A DNA stretch of 64,000 bases from Myxococcota bacterium. Its GTDB lineage: Bacteria > Myxococcota_A > UBA9160 > UBA6930. The position numbers were made by a program, and so were the translations under genes. The stretch covers positions 736,001-800,000 of the forward strand of contig OZ245002.1 of NCBI GenBank assembly GCA_965223415.1. Reading direction: 5' to 3'. Positions 28,731 through 37,634 of this stretch are shown here, piece after piece (within the stretch, counting starts at the first letter, position 1; the number at the start of each line of letters is the position of its first letter). The notes below the pieces were generated by a model, which ran no database searches, was not told the origin of the DNA, and worked only from the letters and a program-made list of their open reading frames with translations.

Positions 28731-29384
28731 TCAGGCAGCTTCCTTCGGGACGCGCCCCTCGGTCAGGCACAGGCTGCCCAGCAGCGTCCGGTGCGCCTTG
28801 CGCGCCGACACCTCCACCAGCCCGGCTCGTTCCATCAGGGAGGGCAGCTCCCCGGCGACGTCCTCGTGTCCGTGCTGGTGGGCCTGGAACTTGGCCAGCA
28901 GCCCGTGGAGCCCGTGGCCAGCGGAGCCGAAATCGAGCACGTGGACCGAGCCCGCCGGGCGCAGGATCCGGCGGATCTCCGGAACCGTGGCGCGCACCGC
29001 CGCCGGCGGAAGGTGATGGAACACGAGGGACGAGACGACGCGGTCGAAGGACGCGTCGGGAAAGGGCAGCTCGTCGGCGAAGCCCTGACGCCACTCCACC
29101 TTCGCACCGTTCCGCTCGGCCTTGCGGCGCGCGCGGGCGAGAGCCTTCGGATCCGGGTCCAGCCCGCACACCTCCACCTCCGGCCGCCGGCCCTTCAGCA
29201 GCACGGCCAGGGTGCCGGTCCCGCAGCCGAGGTCGAGCACGCGGTCTCCGGGCCGGGGATCGGCGGCGTCGATCAGGGCGCCCTTGATGTGATCCTCCCC
29301 CATCAGGCGGAGCAGGGGGTCGTAGAGGGGCAGGAGCCAGTCCACTCCGGCGGCGGGGACGAAGGAGCGGGTGGAGTGCGACAT
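28731..29384 (-). CDS. Class I SAM-dependent methyltransferase (UbiE-like)
   Basis: VLDLGCGTG, LPFPDASFD, SLVFHH. Confidence 0.88.
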   Translation of the reverse strand: MSHSTRSFVPAAGVDWLLPLYDPLLRLMGEDHIKGALIDAADPRPGDRVLDLGCGTGTLAVLLKGRRPEVEVCGLDPDPKALARARRKAERNGAKVEWRQGFADELPFPDASFDRVVSSLVFHHLPPAAVRATVPEIRRILRPAGSVHVLDFGSAGHGLHGLLAKFQAHQHGHEDVAGELPSLMERAGLVEVSARKAHRTLLGSLCLTEGRVPKEAA

Positions 29385-29459
29385 GGGCGGCTCCGGCAGG
29401 CGGGCTGCGGGGGGGCCATCCATTCTACTCTCCCGGCCGGCCCTGGCAGGCCAGCATTT

Positions 29460-29476
29460 TGGCGCGCCCTATGCCA
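29460..29476. promoter_or_regulatory. Quasi-palindromic GG-N10-GC element, possible sigma-54 promoter on either strand
   Basis: TGGCGCGCCCTATGCCA between divergent genes; -12 element imperfect. Confidence 0.35.
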
Positions 29477-29506
29477 CAATCCGCGCCTCTCGAGAGGAGG
29501 ATCGTC

Positions 29507-30574
29507 GTGAAGCGTCTCGGAATCGTCGTCGCCGTCGTCGCGGCCTTGCTGCTGCTGGCGATGGCCTTCCGCGGACCGCTCTCGATGCGGCTGATGCGGG
29601 CGGGCGCCGCCCGCATCATGACCGCCGACCCGATCGCGGCGCTCCCCGACGGCCTGCACCTCACGCTCTGCGGCGCCGGCAGCCCACTGCCGGACCCGCA
29701 GCGCTCGGGCCCCTGCGTCGGCATCGTCGCTGGCGGCAAGCTGTTCGTGGTGGACGCGGGCTCCGGCGCCTCCCGCAACCTGCAGCGGATGGGCCTGCCC
29801 CAGGCCGCGGTGGAGGCGGTTTTCCTGACCCACTTCCACTCGGACCACATCGACGGCCTCGGTGAGCTGGCGCTCCAGCGCTGGGCCGGCGGCGCGGCCC
29901 GCGAGCCCCTGCCCCTCGTCGGACCGGAGGGCGTCGAGAGCGTGGCCGCCGGCCTGAGGACCGCCTACGAGCTCGATTCGGGCTACCGCATCGCCCACCA
30001 CGGAGAAGACACCATCCCACCGAGCGGCTTCGGCTACGCCGCGCAGCCCTTCGCGACGCCGGCGCCGGGAAGCCCGCGGGTCGTCTGGAACGAGGATGGT
30101 GTGAAGGTGACTGCCTTCCGCGTCGACCACGCCCCCGTGGATCCGGCCGTGGGCTACCGCTTCGACTACGCCGGACGCTCCCTCGTGATCAGCGGGGATA
30201 CCGTCAAGTCGGCGGAGATCGAACGTATGTCCGAGGGCGTCGACCTGCTCGTCCACGAAGCCCTGGCCGCCCATCTCGTCAAGATCATGACCGAGGTCGC
30301 GACCGAAGCCGGCCGCGAGAACATGGCCAAGATCACCGCCGACATCGTCGACTACCACGCCACGCCGGTGGATGCGGCGGAGATCGCGGAGGCCGCCGGC
30401 GCCCGCCACCTGCTCTTCTACCACGTCGTGCCGCCGCTCATCGTGCCAGGCTTGGCGACCGCCTGGCTCGAAGGCGTCGACGACGCCTACTCGGGGGACT
30501 TCACCCTGGGGCGCGACGGGGTGCGGGTCTCCCTGCCCGCCGGCTCGACGGCGATCGAGGTATCCGGCGACTAG
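29507..30574 (+). CDS. MBL-fold metallo-hydrolase (RNase Z/AtsA-like) with N-terminal anchor
   Basis: THFHSDH, VDH, SGDT, HEA, DYH; GAGGAGG RBS. Confidence 0.9.
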   Translation: MKRLGIVVAVVAALLLLAMAFRGPLSMRLMRAGAARIMTADPIAALPDGLHLTLCGAGSPLPDPQRSGPCVGIVAGGKLFVVDAGSGASRNLQRMGLPQAAVEAVFLTHFHSDHIDGLGELALQRWAGGAAREPLPLVGPEGVESVAAGLRTAYELDSGYRIAHHGEDTIPPSGFGYAAQPFATPAPGSPRVVWNEDGVKVTAFRVDHAPVDPAVGYRFDYAGRSLVISGDTVKSAEIERMSEGVDLLVHEALAAHLVKIMTEVATEAGRENMAKITADIVDYHATPVDAAEIAEAAGARHLLFYHVVPPLIVPGLATAWLEGVDDAYSGDFTLGRDGVRVSLPAGSTAIEVSGD

Positions 30575-32592
30575 GGCGCCTCGGCGATCTCGCTGCCGCC
30601 CGACCCCTCGGCGCCATCCGGCGTGTACCAGATCGGTGACGTCCAGGCGCGCTCCTGCTGGACGTCCTGCATCGGCGAGCCGTAGCAGCCCGAGGGACGG
30701 TCGCTCTCCGGCAGCCCGAGGCAATCCCAGGCCGAATAGCGACAGCTCGGGTTCTCCACGATCCGGGCGTAGTAGACCGCCCGCCGGGTCGGGTCGAAGT
30801 CCGGATCCCGCCACACGCCGCAGAGGAAGTCCTCGCCCGCGCCCTGGGGCTCGCAGGTGTTCGGGTCCACGCTGGCGCCGTTGTCGCCGCCCGCCACGTC
30901 CACCACCCGGTGGTGCAGGCCGCCCTCGTCGCCGACCCAGCCCTTGATGATCTGGATGCGCTGCAGGCGGCCGCCGGGCACCGTCGGGCTGCCGGGATCC
31001 CGCGCGGCCCAGGCAGCGAAGACCGGAGCGTCGCCCTTGCGAGCGGGCAGGTCGCCGCCCATGGGCACGCCGACGCCGTCGGCCGCGACGACGAGATCCG
31101 ATCGCGTGCACAGGTCGTCCGGGTAGTCCCAGCTCGCGAAGAAGCGCGGCCGGATCCGCGGGCCGCTGGTGCCGAACACTTCCTTGCGGCGGATGGCGTC
31201 GAAGACCGCCTCCCGTGAGTTCTCCTCGGCCCACACCCCGACCAGGCCGCCGGGGCCGCCCGCGATGTTGCCCATCACGCCGGCCTCGGTGGAGAGGCGC
31301 CGGTCCGGGCCGGCGTCGGCGATCCCCAGGTGGCCGGCCCAACCCTTCTCCTGGACGCCGCCGCCCATGGCGTTGTGGGTGTCGGTGCTCGCCAAGATGC
31401 CCATCTTGAACGGGTTCGCCCCGATGCGGGCCTCCTCCGCCAGGCCCAGAGTGAGCGCGTAACGCACGTAGCTACCACGGGAGAGACAGCTCGGCCCCAG
31501 GTGCGGCACCCAGTCCGCGAGCGGCCCGTCGTAGCACTCGCCGGGCTGGCCGCCGCCGAAGCGCCCGAAGGCCATCGACTCGAACTTCTCGAAGTCACAG
31601 AGCTCGTCGTCCGTGTCGAGCACACCGGGAACGCCGCGCCGGCACTCGGAATCGCCCTTGTGCTGCATGATCTCCACGACCGGCTCCATGACGGCGCGCA
31701 GCTCCGCGCGGGCGCGCTGCTCCTCCAGGCTCCCGGCACCCGGGTAGTCCACGGCGAACATGCGTCCGTTGCTGATGTTCGAGTTGTGGGGGATCGCCAG
31801 GGCGGCGCAGCCGGTGCCGGAATCGTTGCAGGCCTCCTTCAGCACCCGCCACAGCTCCCACTCCCGCTGGGTCTCCAGGTAGCTGACGGGGCGCTGCGGC
31901 ACGGCGCGGCCCCGGAAGATCACGTTGCGGTGGAGGTTCGAGCCCAGCCGGTGGGAGCTGTACTCGTAGGCGATGAAGGTGGTGCGCTCGCAGGCCGCCG
32001 TGGTGTCGTTCCACTCCTCCGCGGCGGCGATGATCTCCTCCCAGCCGGCCCGGGTGGCGGCGAGGCAGGCCGCGCCGTCGTCGCCGCAGATCTCTGCCTC
32101 GCGGGAGGGGAACGGGTTCATGATCTTGAAGCCCAGCGGAGAGTCGGTGGGCGCGGTCGAGGCACGGATGGATTGACACATTTCGGTGTCATAAGCCGCC
32201 GAACCGGGGCGCGTGCACAGTCGCTGCTCGGCCAGGAACTCGGCGTGGTCGGTGACGGCCATGAAGTCCAGGGGCCGATCGATGCGCAGCTCGCGGGTGC
32301 CGCGCCCGTCGCCGTCCTTGGGAGGCAGCCGGATCGGCTCCCCGAACGCGTAGCCGTAGGACTCGCGGGGCCGCACCTCCACGTCGTAGTTCCAGGCGTC
32401 GCTGGAGAGGGCCGTGTGCACGTGGAGATCCCCGAAGAGCGCGACCCGGAGCGGCTCCCGCCGCGCACAGGCGGCTCGGGGCGCATCGCGCGGGCCCGGC
32501 GGGACGGCGAACCCGGCCGGATCCAAGGGATCGCCGCCGCACGCGACGAGCAGGAGCGAGACCACCACCATCGCGTGACGATTCGCGCGCAT
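30571..32592 (-). CDS. DUF3604 domain lipoprotein
   Basis: Lipobox LVAC; GDLHVHT, VTDHAE, NLHRNV, IPHN, STDTH, QERAWTSPIWY. Confidence 0.9.
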   Translation of the reverse strand: MRANRHAMVVVSLLLVACGGDPLDPAGFAVPPGPRDAPRAACARREPLRVALFGDLHVHTALSSDAWNYDVEVRPRESYGYAFGEPIRLPPKDGDGRGTRELRIDRPLDFMAVTDHAEFLAEQRLCTRPGSAAYDTEMCQSIRASTAPTDSPLGFKIMNPFPSREAEICGDDGAACLAATRAGWEEIIAAAEEWNDTTAACERTTFIAYEYSSHRLGSNLHRNVIFRGRAVPQRPVSYLETQREWELWRVLKEACNDSGTGCAALAIPHNSNISNGRMFAVDYPGAGSLEEQRARAELRAVMEPVVEIMQHKGDSECRRGVPGVLDTDDELCDFEKFESMAFGRFGGGQPGECYDGPLADWVPHLGPSCLSRGSYVRYALTLGLAEEARIGANPFKMGILASTDTHNAMGGGVQEKGWAGHLGIADAGPDRRLSTEAGVMGNIAGGPGGLVGVWAEENSREAVFDAIRRKEVFGTSGPRIRPRFFASWDYPDDLCTRSDLVVAADGVGVPMGGDLPARKGDAPVFAAWAARDPGSPTVPGGRLQRIQIIKGWVGDEGGLHHRVVDVAGGDNGASVDPNTCEPQGAGEDFLCGVWRDPDFDPTRRAVYYARIVENPSCRYSAWDCLGLPESDRPSGCYGSPMQDVQQERAWTSPIWYTPDGAEGSGGSEIAEAP

Positions 32593-32623
32593 CCTCGACT
32601 GGATAGCGCAGTCCGGCGCGCCC

Positions 32624-33196
32624 TCAGCGAGGCAGCGACAGGACGAAGCGGAACGCCACCCGCTCGGGTGTCGCCTCCACCTCCACGCGACCCACGTCGT
32701 CGAGGATGTCGTAGAAGGCGTCGTAGCAGGCGGCCATCCCCTCGACGTACTCCGGGCTCGCCACGATCGCGGGTGCCGGGTGGGTCAGGAGAAGGGTCGG
32801 CGTGGGACCCTCCACCCAGCGCGGTTCGCCCAGGTCCCGGAAGAGAGCCGGGAGGGCCTTGGGGGTCCAGCGCCCGAACCGCTCGAGGCGGCGTCCCATC
32901 AGCCGGAGCGCCCCGTCGAAGATCGGCTGCAGGTAGGGGCGGCGGAAGCTCTGGAGCATCGCCTGCCGGCACACCCGCGAGGCACCCTGCCGGCCCACGG
33001 TGCGCGCGATGGCTTCCGCCAGCGCCACGTGCTGATCCAGTTCCACCCAGCCGAGGCGCGGCGCCTCGTCGATTGCCTTCCAGGCGGCTTCGCCCAGGGC
33101 GTCCCGCAGGCGCGACTCCTCGGCTGGAAACAGCTCCGCAAAGGCCTTCCGGTGGGTGAGCACGAATGCGGTGAGGACCCGGGGCCGACGGCTCAT
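32624..33196 (-). CDS. Hypothetical protein
   Basis: Coding-like 190-aa ORF filling the gap; family not recognised with confidence. Confidence 0.55.
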   Translation of the reverse strand: MSRRPRVLTAFVLTHRKAFAELFPAEESRLRDALGEAAWKAIDEAPRLGWVELDQHVALAEAIARTVGRQGASRVCRQAMLQSFRRPYLQPIFDGALRLMGRRLERFGRWTPKALPALFRDLGEPRWVEGPTPTLLLTHPAPAIVASPEYVEGMAACYDAFYDILDDVGRVEVEATPERVAFRFVLSLPR

Positions 33197-33261
33197 CAAC
33201 ACGCTCCTGCATGACGCGTCGGCCGGCCGGCCTCGGAGCTGAAATGTGCCAACCTCCGCAG

Positions 33262-33852
33262 ATGAAGTACGACGAGTTCCGCCAGCGCGACCACTTCACC
33301 CAGGAAGAGGTCCTCGGCCTTGGACACGGCACGCTGATCGAAGATCCGCCCGCGGGCTTCGTGACGCGGCTTCCCACCCCTCCCATGCTGATGATCGACC
33401 GGGTCACCCACCTCTCCCGCAAGGGCAACAAGGGCGCGATGACGGCGGAGCGCGACGTCCGGCTGGACGACTGGTTCTTCCAGTGTCACTTCGTCGGCGA
33501 CCCGGTGCAGCCCGGATGCCTGGGCGTGGACGCGGTGTGGCAGATGCTGGGGCTCTACTGCGCCTGGAACGGAGGTCTCGGCGCGGGCCGGGCCCTCGGC
33601 GTCGGCGAGGTCGACTTCGGCGGACAGATCCGCCCCTACAACGAGGTCGTGCGCTACGAGGTGAAGATCGTGCGCTTCGTCAACCTGCCGGCCAGCGGTG
33701 CCTGCCTGGTGATCGGCGACGCCTCGGTACAGGTGGACGGCGAGGAGATCTACACGCTGAAGCGCGCCAAGGTCGGCATCTTCAAGGACATCGACTACCC
33801 GGACTACCCGAACCGGTCCCCGAACTCCGTCGGCGGGCGGCTCGAGGAGTAG
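33262..33852 (+). CDS. fabA: 3-hydroxydecanoyl-ACP dehydratase/isomerase
   Basis: LPTPPMLMIDR, WFFQCHFVGDPVQPGCLGVDA, GRALGVGEV. Confidence 0.92.
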   Translation: MKYDEFRQRDHFTQEEVLGLGHGTLIEDPPAGFVTRLPTPPMLMIDRVTHLSRKGNKGAMTAERDVRLDDWFFQCHFVGDPVQPGCLGVDAVWQMLGLYCAWNGGLGAGRALGVGEVDFGGQIRPYNEVVRYEVKIVRFVNLPASGACLVIGDASVQVDGEEIYTLKRAKVGIFKDIDYPDYPNRSPNSVGGRLEE

Positions 33853-33861
33853 GCTCGGGGC

Positions 33862-34695
33862 TCAGTCGAGATGGAGCCGCGGGTCGCGGGGCCTGCGGTT
33901 CATCGAGTAGCTCTCGCGGTAGCTCCCAGGCGTGACGTTCACCGAGCCGATGCCGCGGAACGTCTTGTAGCCCAGCAGGTCGGCGAGCTGGCGCGGGAAG
34001 TGGGCCACCTCCTCGATCGGGACCGAGCGGAACCAGTTCGTGTAGGGGCGGATCCAGCCGGCGTGGTAGGAGACCTGGAGGCCGAGCCGCCAACCGTCCG
34101 AGTGGTTGTCCGCCGCTCCGTGGAAGAGCGCGTGGTCGAACATCAGGACGCTCCCCGCCTCGACGTCGGGCTGGATCAGGCCCTCCATCTTCGCGGGATC
34201 CTGCGACCAAAGGAGATCGAGGGGCGCCCGGTGGCTCCCCGGGATCAGTCGCGTCCCGCCGGTGTGGGCGTTGAAGTCGCTCATCACCCACATGCAGGTG
34301 CAGCCGATCGGCCGCTCGTGGGGACGGGAGACCGGGATCAACGCGTCGTCCGGGTGAAGGGGCTGCTCGTTCGACTTGCTCGGCTTGACGTCGATCGCGG
34401 AGAAGGTGGAGAGCAGGAAGTCCTCGCCCAGGACTCCCTCCAGGATCTGGAGGACGTCGGGCTGGATCGGGATCTCCCAGAACATCGGGTCCAGCCGGAG
34501 CAGGCCGGCGGTGCGGAAGAAGGAGCTGTCGTCCTCCTGCTCGCCTTCTTCGAGTGGACGCAGCGTGTCGCGCTCGATCTCACGAACGCGAGCGCAGATC
34601 GCGTCGACCTTGGACTTCGGGATGACCTCGGGCAGGATGGTGAAGCCGTCCTCCTCGATTGCCGAAAGGTGGGTCTGGAGCTCGTTCGGGTCCAT
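33862..34695 (-). CDS. Phytanoyl-CoA dioxygenase family Fe(II)/2-oxoglutarate oxygenase
   Basis: QPLHPD, GGTRLIPGSH, LFHGA, R motif. Confidence 0.9.
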   Translation of the reverse strand: MDPNELQTHLSAIEEDGFTILPEVIPKSKVDAICARVREIERDTLRPLEEGEQEDDSSFFRTAGLLRLDPMFWEIPIQPDVLQILEGVLGEDFLLSTFSAIDVKPSKSNEQPLHPDDALIPVSRPHERPIGCTCMWVMSDFNAHTGGTRLIPGSHRAPLDLLWSQDPAKMEGLIQPDVEAGSVLMFDHALFHGAADNHSDGWRLGLQVSYHAGWIRPYTNWFRSVPIEEVAHFPRQLADLLGYKTFRGIGSVNVTPGSYRESYSMNRRPRDPRLHLD

Positions 34696-34759
34696 GGGAC
34701 GAGTTTGGCCGAAGGAGGGCGGCCTGTGCAGAGAAATCGCGTACCCCCCGCGGGGTGTC

Positions 34760-34788
34760 TTGACAAACTATCGATAGTTAGTTTTTAT
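34760..34788 (+). promoter_or_regulatory. Sigma-70 promoter with a perfect 14-bp palindromic operator, probably for TetR
   Basis: TTGACA at 34760-34765, followed directly by AACTATCGATAGTT (34766-34779); weak -10 TTTTAT at 34783-34788. Confidence 0.7.
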
Positions 34789-34794
34789 TCCACC

Positions 34795-35424
34795 ATGTCA
34801 CGGGGCCAGCGCAAGGGCGAGCAGACCGCCGCCCGCATCCTGGACGCGGCGGAGGCGCTCTTCGCCGAGCGCGGCTACGCGGGGACCTCCCTGCGCGACG
34901 TGGCCGAGGCCGTCGGCCTGCGCACGCCGAGCCTCTACAACCACTTCGAGAGCAAGGAGCTGCTCTACGCCGCCGTGCTCGACCGCGTGGTCGATCCGGT
35001 GCTGCGCATCCTGAACCGGTTCATCGCCGCGCCGGCCGCCGAACGCCCGGAGCCGGCGGAGGTGATCCACCAGGTCATGGCCCTGCTGGACGCCCACCGG
35101 AACCTGCCGCTGCTGCTCTTCCACGAGACCCAGACCGGCGGCCGGCGGCTCACGCCTGCCCTGCGCGAGCGGCTCTCGCCGATCTTCGCCCGGGCCTTCG
35201 AGACCGTGGAGGCCGCGGACGAGGACGGCCGCTTCGAGAAGGACGAGATCCCGCTGCTCGTCCTCTCGCTCTACCACGCGATCGTCGGCTTCTACGCGAT
35301 CACACCGTTCTACCGCGAGGTGGCCGGGGAGGACCTGCAGTCCCCCGCGGCCCGTGCGCGGCAGTCCCGTTTCCTCACCCGGATGGTCGAGGCGCTCTTC
35401 GACCACGCCCCCGACCGATCCTGA
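34795..35424 (+). CDS. TetR/AcrR family transcriptional regulator
   Basis: ILDAAEALFAERGYAGTSLRDVAEAVGLRTPSLYNHFESK. Confidence 0.92.
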   Translation: MSRGQRKGEQTAARILDAAEALFAERGYAGTSLRDVAEAVGLRTPSLYNHFESKELLYAAVLDRVVDPVLRILNRFIAAPAAERPEPAEVIHQVMALLDAHRNLPLLLFHETQTGGRRLTPALRERLSPIFARAFETVEAADEDGRFEKDEIPLLVLSLYHAIVGFYAITPFYREVAGEDLQSPAARARQSRFLTRMVEALFDHAPDRS

Positions 35425-35435
35425 AGGAGAACCCC

Positions 35436-36665
35436 ATGGTCGACGTCGACGTCGCTTACCTCGATTCCAGCAGCTGGGAAGAGGAGCCCATGCTCGAGCG
35501 CTTCCGCTGGCTGCGCCAGCACGAGCCCGTGCGCTGGAGCGAGAAGGACCAGCTCTGGCTGATCTCCCGCTACGAGGACGTGGTGGCGGTCTCCAAGGAC
35601 CAGAAGACCTTCACCTCGGGCCAGGGCGTGCGCCCGGGCCTCGACGTCAAGATCGGCCTGATCGACGAGGAGGAGCCCCGCCACGCCGCGCTCCGCGGCA
35701 TGATCAACAAGGGCTTCACGCCGCGGATGGTGAAGATCCTCGAGGAGACCTTCACCAAGATCACCACCGATGCGATCGACAGGGTGGCGACACGGGGCGA
35801 GTGCGATTTCGTCGAGAGCATCGCCGTCCCGCTGCCGCTCCGGCTGATCGCGTCGATGATCGGCATCCGCGAAGCGGACTACGACCAGTTCCACGAGTGG
35901 TCCGATCACATGATCGCCGCCGAGGGCAGCCAGGAAGATCCGGAGGTCATGGCCAAGGCCGGCAAGGCCTTCCTGGGCTACGCCACCTACGTCACTCCCA
36001 TCATCGAAAAGCGGCGCCAGAACCCCCAGGAAGACCTGATGAGCATCCTGACCGGGGCGAAGGACGACGGCCTGCTCATGGAGTACGACGAGTCCCAGAG
36101 CGCCATGGCCGGCACGGCCCCGGCGGAGCTGGCCAACGACGAGCTCATCAAGCTGATGGTGATCCTGATGGTCGCCGGAAACGAGACCACCCGGAACGGC
36201 CTCTCGGGCGCCATGCAGCTCCTGATCGAGCACCCGGAGGTCCGCGATCAGCTGACCCGCGACCCGACGCTGATCCCCACCGCGGTGGAGGAGATGCTGC
36301 GGCTCACGAGCCCCGTGCGCTCCTTCGGTCGCACCGTGCTCCGCGATACCGAGATCGGCGACAAGCAGATCAAGGCCGGCCAGAAGGTGCTGATGCTGTA
36401 CGGCTCGGCGAATCGCGACGAGCGCCAGTTCGCGAACCCGGACCGCTTCGACATCGAGCGCAATCCGCACCACCTGGCCTTCGGCATCGGCAGCCATTTC
36501 TGTCTCGGCGCCAACCTGGCCCGGATGGAGATGCGGGTGGGGCTCCGGGAGGTGCTGCGCCGCATGCCGGAGATGGAGTACGCGGCCGGCGGCCCGGTGC
36601 TGCAGCCCTCCGCCCTGGTGCGCACCTGTGCCGAGATGCGCGTGCGCTTCACGCCGGAGGCCTGA
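35436..36665 (+). CDS. Cytochrome P450 (CYP142/CYP125-like by recall)
   Basis: AGNETT, EEMLR, FGIGSHFCLG. Confidence 0.93.
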   Translation: MVDVDVAYLDSSSWEEEPMLERFRWLRQHEPVRWSEKDQLWLISRYEDVVAVSKDQKTFTSGQGVRPGLDVKIGLIDEEEPRHAALRGMINKGFTPRMVKILEETFTKITTDAIDRVATRGECDFVESIAVPLPLRLIASMIGIREADYDQFHEWSDHMIAAEGSQEDPEVMAKAGKAFLGYATYVTPIIEKRRQNPQEDLMSILTGAKDDGLLMEYDESQSAMAGTAPAELANDELIKLMVILMVAGNETTRNGLSGAMQLLIEHPEVRDQLTRDPTLIPTAVEEMLRLTSPVRSFGRTVLRDTEIGDKQIKAGQKVLMLYGSANRDERQFANPDRFDIERNPHHLAFGIGSHFCLGANLARMEMRVGLREVLRRMPEMEYAAGGPVLQPSALVRTCAEMRVRFTPEA

Positions 36666-36676
36666 CTTCGGATAGG

Positions 36677-37606
36677 ATGGCGTCCATGGCGGACGCTCTC
36701 CCCCAGACCCTGGCTCCCTTTCATGGCACGCTGGCCGCGGAGCTCTCGCACGGCGCGGCCGAAGGCCTCGGCCCCTACGGCGAGCGGGTGAGCGAGCTGG
36801 TGCAGGCGGGCCTGGTACCGGCCTGCGTGCTCACCGGCATGACGCTGCATCTGCTCGCGAGCCAGCCCCGACGGCCGCGGGAGGACGGCCGCGAGGCGAA
36901 GAAGGCCATCGCCGGCGGCGTGTGGGTGCGCGAGCAGGTGACGATCCACCGGCCGGTCGCCCTGGGGCAGGAGCTCGTGATCCGCGGCGAATCAGCCCGA
37001 CGCTTCTCGCGGCGCGGCCGGCGCTACGGCGTGACCAGCTCCGAGACCCGCGACACGGATGGCCGGCGGCTCGTCTCGAGCTGCACCACGGGCCTGCTCC
37101 GCTACCGCAAGGAGCCCGGGCTCCCGGACGGGGCGGAGGGCCGAAGCGAGGACGCGGTCGCTGTCCCGGGACCGGACCTCCCGGCCGCCGCCGGGAACCC
37201 CGCCGGCGACGCTCTCACCGCGCTGGGCGAAGGCCAGCGCTTCGAAGGCGAACGGTGTCTCGTGAGCCTCGAGATGATGCGCGCCCGGGACGCGGGCCGC
37301 GACGACAACCCGATCCACACGGAGCCGTCGGTCGCCGCGGCGGAAGGACTCGCGGCCCCGATCGCCGGCGGCTCCCACGTGCTCTCCTTCCTCCACGAGA
37401 CCCTGATGCGCGCCTGGGGCACCGAGGCCCTGCTCCACGGCGCCCACTTCGACGTGCGCTGGACCGGGCAGACCTACGCCGGCACCCTCGTGACGCCCCG
37501 TGCCCGGGTCGAGCGGCTCACGCCGCAGCTCGCCGAGCTCTCCCTCGAGATCGAGGGCGAGGAGCGGGCGGCGATGGTGGACACCCTGCTGATCCCGCGG
37601 CCATGA
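36677..37606 (+). CDS. MaoC-like double hot-dog dehydratase
   Basis: DDNPIH hydratase motif, APIAGG; two hot-dog-like halves. Confidence 0.75.
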   Translation: MASMADALPQTLAPFHGTLAAELSHGAAEGLGPYGERVSELVQAGLVPACVLTGMTLHLLASQPRRPREDGREAKKAIAGGVWVREQVTIHRPVALGQELVIRGESARRFSRRGRRYGVTSSETRDTDGRRLVSSCTTGLLRYRKEPGLPDGAEGRSEDAVAVPGPDLPAAAGNPAGDALTALGEGQRFEGERCLVSLEMMRARDAGRDDNPIHTEPSVAAAEGLAAPIAGGSHVLSFLHETLMRAWGTEALLHGAHFDVRWTGQTYAGTLVTPRARVERLTPQLAELSLEIEGEERAAMVDTLLIPRP

Positions 37607-37634
37607 CGGCGAGCCCGCGCCGAGCTCTGCGCCC

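Noticed and set aside
36725..36739. TGGCAC...GC sigma-54-like match
   Set aside because: Inside a CDS within an operon, with a poor -12 element.
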